Shown here: in pieces, positions 57,654 to 64,000 of the stretch
How positions within the stretch are numbered: position 1 is the first letter of the stretch
Layout: every line of letters begins with the position of its first letter
Origin: Verrucomicrobiota bacterium
GTDB taxonomy: Bacteria; Verrucomicrobiota; Lentisphaeria; Lentisphaerales; Lentisphaeraceae
Reading direction: 5' to 3'
DNA length: 64,000 nucleotides
NCBI GenBank assembly: GCA_039798785.1
Contig: JBDKFG010000018.1
Location: 1 to 64,000 of the forward strand
Notes under the pieces: model-generated
Told to the model about the DNA's origin: nothing
Databases searched by the model: none
Seen by the model: only the letters and a program-made list of their open reading frames with translations
Program-made: the position numbers and the translations under genes

Positions 57654-58493
57654 ATGATTACCCAAGAGATCTTCGCCGCCGTCCGCCGCCTCGAGATCCG
57701 CGCCCGCCGCAGCGTCGATTCGCTCAGCGCCGGCGCCTACGCCTCGCACTTCCGCGGACGGGGCATGGAGTTCTCCGAGGTCCGCGAATACGCCGAGGGA
57801 GATGAGGTCCGCTCAATCGACTGGAACGTCACGGCTCGCACCGGTGTGCCCCATGTCAAGATCTTCACAGAGGAGAGGGAGCTGAGGATCCACATTCTCG
57901 CCGACATCTCGGGTTCGTCGGAATTCGGCTCGGTCCGGCGCCGTCGTGCTCTTGCGGCCGAGGTCGGCGCCGTGCTTGCTCTTTGCGCCAGCCGCAACAG
58001 GGATCGCGTCGCCCTCACTCTTTTCAGCGACCGCGAGGAACTTCATCTGCCTTATGCCAGAGGCCGCTCGCAAGGCTTGCGCATCGCCCGCGAACTCCTC
58101 GCATTCCAGCCGCAATCGAAACGCAGCGGCATCGGCAGGGCCCTCAAGGAACTGATGCGCGCCGAACGCCGCCGCGAAATCGTCTTCCTCCTCTCCGATC
58201 TGATGGATGAAGGATGGCTGGACTGCCTCCGTAACGTCGCCGCCAAACATGAAATCACGGTTCTGCATCTGCTCGATCCATTCGAACTCAAGGCGTCGAC
58301 GTCACTCCCCCGGGTTAGCGTTCGCGATGCCGAAACCGGCGAACTCGCAGAGCTGCGGGGCGATGGCAGCCTCTCGACCCGGCAATGGGCTGAGCGCACC
58401 CGTGAAGACTGCCTCCAGGCCGGAGCCCAGTACGCTCGCCTCTCCACTCAGGGAGACTGGCTGCCGGAACTCAGCCGCTGCCTGGGCTCGTGA
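57654..58493 (+). CDS. DUF58 (VWA-like) protein
   Basis: GMEFSEVREY..GDEVRSIDWNVTAR, DISGS, LSD. Confidence 0.9.
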   Translation: MITQEIFAAVRRLEIRARRSVDSLSAGAYASHFRGRGMEFSEVREYAEGDEVRSIDWNVTARTGVPHVKIFTEERELRIHILADISGSSEFGSVRRRRALAAEVGAVLALCASRNRDRVALTLFSDREELHLPYARGRSQGLRIARELLAFQPQSKRSGIGRALKELMRAERRREIVFLLSDLMDEGWLDCLRNVAAKHEITVLHLLDPFELKASTSLPRVSVRDAETGELAELRGDGSLSTRQWAERTREDCLQAGAQYARLSTQGDWLPELSRCLGS

Positions 58494-58544
58494 GATGAGG
58501 GGGACGAGTCCAGCATTCCTTTCTCCGCTCTTCGAGGTCGAGCG

Positions 58545-58778
58545 ATGAACAGTCCCGATCCTGATTGCCTGCATTGCCGGCATCATTTCGTCACTTACGA
58601 ACCCGCTTGTCCGCGCGGTTGCCGCCTGTTCGGCATCAAATCGACGGAGCTGCCTTGCCGAGTCGTCCGGGCCGCCTCGGGCGAGGCTTGTCCGGCCTTT
58701 GCTCCGCGCGTCCGTCCCGATGCTTCTTCTTCGAAGCCGCCGGAAAGCGGTCAGGGAGGTCGGCGATGGGAGGCCTGA
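58545..58778 (+). CDS. Small Cys-rich, probably metal-binding protein
   Basis: CLHCRH..TYEPACPRGCRLFGIKS..LPC..SGEAC. Confidence 0.7.
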   Translation: MNSPDPDCLHCRHHFVTYEPACPRGCRLFGIKSTELPCRVVRAASGEACPAFAPRVRPDASSSKPPESGQGGRRWEA

Positions 58779-59467
58779 ATCCGCTTCTGGTCATCGGTTG
58801 CGGTTACAGTGGCCGCGCCATCCGAAAACTCGTGCCCGGCGCCATCGGCACCAGTCTTCCCGGAGACTGCCGGGAGGACGAGATCCCCTTCCGGCTGGAT
58901 CTCACCGGCGACTGGAGCTTTCTGCCGGAGTCTGATAGACTGCTGGTCACTTGCAAGATCGACGACGAAGCTCTGGCTCAACGCATCCGCGACGAGATGC
59001 TTCCCCGCTTCCGTCGCAGCCTCTTTCTTTCCAGTGCCGCGTCGCTGCGCTGCCAGGAGGCGAGGCTTGATGAAAGCAGTGGTCCTGCCGAATCTCCCCG
59101 CGGGCGGGCTGAAGCGATTCTGTCGCCGGTGGCGCCGCTGCTCGCCCTCGGGCTTATCACCGGTCCGGGGCGCGAGCCGGAAAAATGGCTCCGGCAAGGG
59201 CGTGTCGCCAGTCGGCACAAGCTGGTCAATTTCATCCCGGTCGAGCAATTGGCTCGGATCGCGCTGCGGATCCTTGATCATCCTGAAGATCCGCGAGGCT
59301 GGATCTTGTGCTCCGACGGACGTCCCCGAACCTGGGGCGATGTCGCCGTCGAGCTTGGACTTGAACCGCCGCCTGACCAGCCGCCGCAACGCGACAGCCG
59401 CGCCTTTAAGCTAGATCGCCTGTGGCGCTTGCTTGACGGTTGTGGCGCTTCCGGACCGGGTCAATAA
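58766..59467 (+). CDS. NAD(P)-binding Rossmann / atypical SDR epimerase-like protein
   Basis: VIGCGYSG, FLSS, ITGPGR, VNFI. Confidence 0.65.
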   Translation: MGGLNPLLVIGCGYSGRAIRKLVPGAIGTSLPGDCREDEIPFRLDLTGDWSFLPESDRLLVTCKIDDEALAQRIRDEMLPRFRRSLFLSSAASLRCQEARLDESSGPAESPRGRAEAILSPVAPLLALGLITGPGREPEKWLRQGRVASRHKLVNFIPVEQLARIALRILDHPEDPRGWILCSDGRPRTWGDVAVELGLEPPPDQPPQRDSRAFKLDRLWRLLDGCGASGPGQ

Positions 59468-59685
59468 TGCGGTGGCTTCTGGTTGCCGGTCTCAAGTGAA
59501 GACAGCGACTGATGCTGCAGCTGGCGGAATTTCTTCTCGAGAAGATCCAAGGCCTGCTGCTGGGAATAGACCAGTTGATTCAGCTGTTCGAGCTGGTGAT
59601 CCTGCATCGCTGCCAGGCCTTCGAGCTTGATCAGGCGTTTTTCCAGTTCTTCGTGCATGTCGCGGCTTCTGGCTTTGTTGCTCAT
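59461..59685 (-). CDS. slyX: SlyX family protein
   Basis: RLIKLE..AMQD..LEQLN..QQ coiled coil; C-terminal PPHY. Confidence 0.85.
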   Translation of the reverse strand: MSNKARSRDMHEELEKRLIKLEGLAAMQDHQLEQLNQLVYSQQQALDLLEKKFRQLQHQSLSSLETGNQKPPHY

Positions 59686-59695
59686 TTGGAAGGTT

Positions 59696-61597
59696 TCAGC
59701 GGCGGCCGCTGTCGAGGGGCTTGGAGTCCTGGGGCGCCTTCTTTTTCGCCTCGAGGAATTCGTGGAGCTGATTCAGACGTTCCGCGGCTTCAAGCCAGCT
59801 GCCTTCGGCGATTTTCACCGGGGCCTTGCCTGAGCGGAAATAAAGTTCAGGCAGGGATTTTTCCAGCGGCATGTAGGCGGCGAAGTCCTCGTCAGCCGCG
59901 GCCACGACAGGATGCGAAGGGACGAAGGAGACTGGATTCTTGGGCTTCATCGAAAGCAGGATCTCATCGACCAGGACGCTTGGCTCTGGGGCGGGCGAGC
60001 CGACAGAGAAGACGCCTTCGGTGGGCAGGGTCTTGACCTTGAAGTTGAAGTTGTCCTGCAGCTTTCCGTTGATATAGAGGCGGAGTTCCTTGCCATCGGC
60101 TTCGATGCAGAGGTGGTAGTAAGTGTGGGGGAAGCCGGGCTCGGTGCGTACCAGCAGGGCTTTGCTGGCGGTGAGGATGCCGGCAGGCGGATAGCTGGCG
60201 TAGACAGTGCCGGATTTGTTGATCCCGAGGCTGAAGCCGTCAATGCTTGCCAGCAAGCATTCACTGCTGGGAAGGCCGTCGAGCGCGACCCAGGCTTCGA
60301 GCCGGAAACCTTTGTCGGTGATGCTTTCCTTGGTCGCCGCATCAAGCGGCTGTTTGTGGTGGAAGTCCAGGCGCGCGAGGGCTTTCTTGGGATTTTGCGG
60401 CAGCGCCTGGACCGGAGGCAGCTTGGGTTTTTCGGGCGGTGCGAGCTTTAGTGGAGGCGGGACGCCGGCGGGAAGCGCCGCTTTCTGGCCTTGCGGCAGG
60501 GGCGGCTTGTCCGAAGACGAAAGCTTGGCAATGCCGATCGCCAGGACGGCGACGAAGACCAGGGCGGCGACGCCGAAGCCGATCAAGGGAAGCAGCTTTT
60601 TGAATTTGTCGCCGGGAGCGGCACTAGCCTTGTCGAAGACGAATTCCCCCTTGAAGCGGACGCTGCCGTCATCCTGCACCTGGGCCTGGGCACCGGGGAC
60701 GGTTTTCGGCCGGGCTTCCGGATTCGGGCTCGGGTGGGCCTGGGATTTCTGGGTGGCGCTGAGATCGACTTTGAAGGCATGCTCGCCAGCCGGGGCTTCG
60801 TCTTGCGGCGCCGAGTGTTGAGGAGCGCTTATTTTAGCCGTGAGGTAGGGGTCTTCCGCTGGGGGGGGGGGCGGCGGGAGGTCGACTGTGGTGCGCTCCG
60901 GTAGCGACGCGGCGGGAGAGGAGTAGGGCGCAGGCGCAGGCGCAGGCGCAGGCGCAGGCGCAGCGGGAGGAGAAAGCGGCGAGGCGCCAAGTTTATGAGC
61001 GTAGACCTGAGGCGTTACCTTGCTAGTCGCATAGATGTCCACGGCTTCGGTGGGCGCGGCAGGCTTCAGCAGGCCCGGGGCAGCCTGTTGCGGCGCGCCA
61101 TCGAGGTTTTTCTTTCGGATCCCGCCCGATTGCAGGCCCGGGATCGGCGCGAGCTGCTCGGCTGGCATCTGCAGCGGAGGTGGCGGGGCTGCTGGGGTGC
61201 CGAGACCAGAGGACATGGGGGCTTTCAACAGACTGGGTGCCCCCGGAGCCGGAGCCGCACCAGGAGCCTTGAGTTGCGGAGCTTGTAAAGTCGGAGCTGA
61301 CAGAGACGGTGCTTGCAGAGGCGGTGCTTGCAGAGGCGGTGCTTGCAGAGGCGGTGCTTGTAGAGGCGTAGGCGGGTTTCCGTCGCCGTTGTCGGAGCGG
61401 GGGCGTAAACCAGGCTTCAAGGAGAAGCCTGTCTTTGCGGGAATGGCAGCCATGGCCCGGACACGCAACTCGAGCTCGGAGCCGGGTAGTGCAAGCACCT
61501 GCTCTTGATCAAATGGAGAGATGCTTTTTAGTGCCTTTTCAATCTGCTCCGGGGTCAGCGTGGTCTCGGTTTCAAGACGTTTCTTGAGCTGCTCCAT
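59696..61597 (-). CDS. Bitopic membrane protein: Pro-rich disordered N-terminus, TM helix, C-terminal LamG/ConA-like domain
   Basis: TM LLPLIGFGVAALVFVAVLAIGIA; FRLEAWV, YYHL..DGKELRLYINGK, VDEI. Confidence 0.7.
   Translation of the reverse strand: MEQLKKRLETETTLTPEQIEKALKSISPFDQEQVLALPGSELELRVRAMAAIPAKTGFSLKPGLRPRSDNGDGNPPTPLQAPPLQAPPLQAPPLQAPSLSAPTLQAPQLKAPGAAPAPGAPSLLKAPMSSGLGTPAAPPPPLQMPAEQLAPIPGLQSGGIRKKNLDGAPQQAAPGLLKPAAPTEAVDIYATSKVTPQVYAHKLGASPLSPPAAPAPAPAPAPAPYSSPAASLPERTTVDLPPPPPPAEDPYLTAKISAPQHSAPQDEAPAGEHAFKVDLSATQKSQAHPSPNPEARPKTVPGAQAQVQDDGSVRFKGEFVFDKASAAPGDKFKKLLPLIGFGVAALVFVAVLAIGIAKLSSSDKPPLPQGQKAALPAGVPPPLKLAPPEKPKLPPVQALPQNPKKALARLDFHHKQPLDAATKESITDKGFRLEAWVALDGLPSSECLLASIDGFSLGINKSGTVYASYPPAGILTASKALLVRTEPGFPHTYYHLCIEADGKELRLYINGKLQDNFNFKVKTLPTEGVFSVGSPAPEPSVLVDEILLSMKPKNPVSFVPSHPVVAAADEDFAAYMPLEKSLPELYFRSGKAPVKIAEGSWLEAAERLNQLHEFLEAKKKAPQDSKPLDSGRR
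60927..60962. repeat. Hexamer repeat GGCGCA x6 (Ala-Pro tract)
   Basis: Read directly. Confidence 0.85.
61307..61366. repeat. 15-bp tandem repeat x4 (LQAPP)
   Basis: cggtgcttgcagagg x3 plus one variant. Confidence 0.9.
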
Positions 61598-61913
61598 GGA
61601 AGACTCCTGTGATCCTGTTCCTCACCAGTATAGACTCATCCGCTGCAGAGTGCGAGATTCGCCAAAAAATTCTTGTCGTTTCGCCGCAGGACGAGGGCCG
61701 AAGCCCGCGGCTTCTGGGAAATCTTCATCGGGGAGGAATTTTCCTCGTGCAAGACCTGGTTCTTGGTCCTGAATCGGAAAAATGTAATCAAGAAAGATGG
61801 GAAGGTATTTCCGTTCTGTGTTCTTCTTTGGGGGTTTTCCTTGTTTTATAAAATTTATTATCTTTCTTATTAAGAATGATTTAAGATGATTATTCTGGTT
61901 TTTTTTGAGGTCT

Positions 61914-61929
61914 TGGCATTGCCTCTGCA
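61914..61929 (+). promoter_or_regulatory. Putative sigma54 (-24/-12) promoter of fliW
   Basis: TGGCATTGCCTCTGCA with GG-N10-GC spacing, after an AT-rich tract. Confidence 0.5.
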
Positions 61930-61972
61930 TGAGGAGAAATCGCCGATACGGCCAAACCAGGAGAACCTGAAA

Positions 61973-62494
61973 ATGAACGGAAACAAAAACATCGATTTCG
62001 CCTCGAGTACGGCGATGGAGATCCGCCCTGGATCGAATTCGCAAGTGGTCGCGGTGGAGAATGAGGCGGTTTTCACTTTCGAAAGCGGTTTGCCCGCTTT
62101 TGACGACGCCCGGGAATTCGTCTTCGTCTTTGATGCGAAGATCAAACCCTTCCTCTACATGCGCTGCATCAATCGCGAAGGCTTGAATTTCGTCTGCGTC
62201 GATCCCTTCGTGATCAAACCGGGATTCAGCATCACCCTGCCGGAATCCTGCACCGAAGAGCTCGGTCTCAAAAACGCCGAAGACTGCTTGATTCTCGCGG
62301 TCGTCACCGTCCATCCGGACATGACCAAGACCACTGCCAACCTGATCGGTCCGATCGTCATCAACCTGCGCAGCCGCAAGGGCATGCAAGTGGTGCTTGA
62401 AGACGTCGACATCGGTCTGGTCCGCTACAACGTCTGGAACGGCATCGAAGAGATTGCCCGCCAGGAGCAGATCAGCAGTCAATCGGCGATGTGA
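61973..62494 (+). CDS. fliW: Flagellar assembly factor / CsrA antagonist FliW
   Basis: FESGLPAF, PFLYM, FVCVDPF, TANLIGPIVIN...GMQVVL; SD AGGAGA. Confidence 0.85.
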   Translation: MNGNKNIDFASSTAMEIRPGSNSQVVAVENEAVFTFESGLPAFDDAREFVFVFDAKIKPFLYMRCINREGLNFVCVDPFVIKPGFSITLPESCTEELGLKNAEDCLILAVVTVHPDMTKTTANLIGPIVINLRSRKGMQVVLEDVDIGLVRYNVWNGIEEIARQEQISSQSAM

Positions 62495-62603
62495 ATGAAT
62501 TTGCGGAAGGCACTTGCCGACGTCTGTGGATGGATCCACATGAAAGGCGTCGAGGCCGCAGCCTGATGTCGCCGGAGGCGAATCGATTGGGGAGTGCCGG
62601 GTG

Positions 62604-62670
62604 GAATTAAGAATTAAGAATTGGAGCGACGAGCAAGGAGCTAGGCAGCTCATTCGTAATTCGTAATTGC
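62604..62670. repeat. Heptamer-armed palindromic element, copy 1
   Basis: GAATTAA GAATTAA GAATT ... GCAGCTC ATTCGTA ATTCGTA ATT. Confidence 0.7.
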
Positions 62671-62671
62671 T

Positions 62672-63460
62672 TTAGATGCTCATGGTCCGGCTGAGGCTTT
62701 GTCTCGGAGCGATTTGCAGCTTGATCTCAGATGGCGGTTTGAACGTCGCGAGAGTCTGCTGGGCGAGGTCGAGGACCAGGCCCGGATCGTTGCATTCATC
62801 GGAAAGATGGGCGAAGCAGATTTCTTGGATCTTGCCGTTTTGCAGGAGTTCAGCCACAAGCTTCATCGTGTCGACGTTGTCGAGATGGCCGTGCTGACCC
62901 AGAATCCTTTGTTTGAGCTTCCAGTCGCGAGGGCTGTCGAGAAGCTTCTTGCGGTCGTAGTTGGCCTCGATGAGAAGGCTGTCGCATGCCAGGAGTTTTT
63001 GCCGGACCAGTTGCGTGACATGGCCGAAATCGGTGGCGACGCCGACGCGGCCGCGACCTGAGCTGAAGCAGAAGGCGACAGTGTCGACTCCGTCATGCGG
63101 AATGGAAAAGGGTTCGACCAAGATGCCTCCCACCTCGAAGTTGTTGCCGTTCTGGAAGATGTGGGCTTCGATTTCGCGTCCGGCGAGGCGTTTTTTGCTC
63201 ATCGCCAAGGTGCCGGCGTTGAGGTAGACGGGGACTTTCAAGGCGCCGGCGACGATGCCGAGGGTGCCGACATGGTCGGCGTGTTCATGGGTGACGACGA
63301 TGCCGGCGATCAGGTCTTCTGCAATCTCCAATTCCGCGAGCCCTGCGCGGACATGTTTCAACGCCAGGCCGCAGTCAACCAACAGCGTGCCTTGCGGTGA
63401 ACGCACCACGGTGCAATTGCCGCTTGAGCCGCTGGCGAGTGAGGTGACCTGGAGAGACAA
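62672..63460 (-). CDS. MBL-fold metallo-hydrolase (YycJ/WalJ-like)
   Basis: LASGSSGN, VDCG, THEHADH, IPHD, ATD.G, EANYD, GHLDN, AHLS..CN. Confidence 0.9.
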   Translation of the reverse strand: MSLQVTSLASGSSGNCTVVRSPQGTLLVDCGLALKHVRAGLAELEIAEDLIAGIVVTHEHADHVGTLGIVAGALKVPVYLNAGTLAMSKKRLAGREIEAHIFQNGNNFEVGGILVEPFSIPHDGVDTVAFCFSSGRGRVGVATDFGHVTQLVRQKLLACDSLLIEANYDRKKLLDSPRDWKLKQRILGQHGHLDNVDTMKLVAELLQNGKIQEICFAHLSDECNDPGLVLDLAQQTLATFKPPSEIKLQIAPRQSLSRTMSI

Positions 63461-63468
63461 GGGGAACC

Positions 63469-63600
63469 TAAGAGTTAAGAGTTAAGAATTAAGAGTTAAG
63501 AGTTAAGAGTTAAGAGTTAAGGAAGAGCTTTAGCAGAGAACCAAGGTTGAAAGGCGAAATCTGCTGCAGCTCAATTCTTAATTCGTAATTCTTAACTCTT
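63469..63600. repeat. Heptamer-armed palindromic element, copy 2
   Basis: TAAGA(G/A)T x7 at 63469-63517; inverted arm GCAGCTCAATTCTTAATTCGTAATTCTTAACTCTT ending at 63600. Confidence 0.85.
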
Positions 63601-64000
63601 CACCGCGCAGATGGTGATGTCGTAGCCCTTGCGTTTGCCGTCGCGGGTCTGGAAGCCGATTTCCTGGGCCGAGGCGGCGAGGCGCTGGCCGTGTTTGGAG
63701 ACCATGACCAGGAAGCCGCCGGGCTTGAGGAGCTCTTTGGCGGTGACGAGAAAGCGGTCACCGATGCGCTGGCCGGCGTAATAAGGCGGGTTGGCGACGA
63801 TCAGATCGTAGCCCTTGGGGTCGCGGAATTCGTCGTCCTGGATGGCGCTGCAGCGCTCCAAGCCGTTAAGCGTGATGTTGCGGCGGGCGCAATCGACGGC
63901 ACGGGCGTGGGAGTCGACCATCACCACTTCGACCTTGAGACTGTCGCGGCGTGCTTTTTCGGCGAGGATGAGACCGACGAGGCCGGCACCGCAGCCGAGG
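63592..64000 (-). CDS. RsmC/RlmG-like small methyltransferase (5' part outside window)
   Basis: LGCGAGLVG at the window edge, VDS, YDLIVANPPY, LKPGG. Confidence 0.8.
   Translation of the reverse strand, partial: LGCGAGLVGLILAEKARRDSLKVEVVMVDSHARAVDCARRNITLNGLERCSAIQDDEFRDPKGYDLIVANPPYYAGQRIGDRFLVTAKELLKPGGFLVMVSKHGQRLAASAQEIGFQTRDGKRKGYDITICAVKS

Overview
GC-rich bacterial chromosomal segment. The lineage is probably PVC superphylum (Verrucomicrobiota/Lentisphaerota-like); this is an inference from the gene families and intergenic repeat style only. Most of the window is housekeeping and metabolic genes: fabG, eno, nusA-infB, recO, sufC-sufD, xerC, pstA-pstB-phoU-phoB-phoR, cobalamin-riboswitch-controlled metE, sdaA, tRNA-Thr(TGT), rlmN, surE, arsD-arsA, a hybrid sensor kinase, two pseudouridine synthases, moxR-DUF58, slyX and an isolated fliW. 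I found no CRISPR array, prophage, rRNA or intact transposase. The best candidate for an undescribed system is at 21864-24744. A secreted Cys-rich leader protein with a C-terminal polyproline motif ends in codons that pair perfectly (10 bp) with the Shine-Dalgarno of the downstream multicopper oxidase/outer-membrane barrel fusion. This suggests a metal-sensing translational switch analogous to CutF/CruR. Other signals: a 371-bp MITE-like element with two internal units (52410-52780), heptamer-armed hairpins bracketing a metallo-hydrolase gene, a low-GC gene that has displaced most of an ATP-grasp gene, permuted 13-mers around a gene behind xerC, and several candidate regulatory sites. Family assignments come from motif recognition by eye; no database searches were run.
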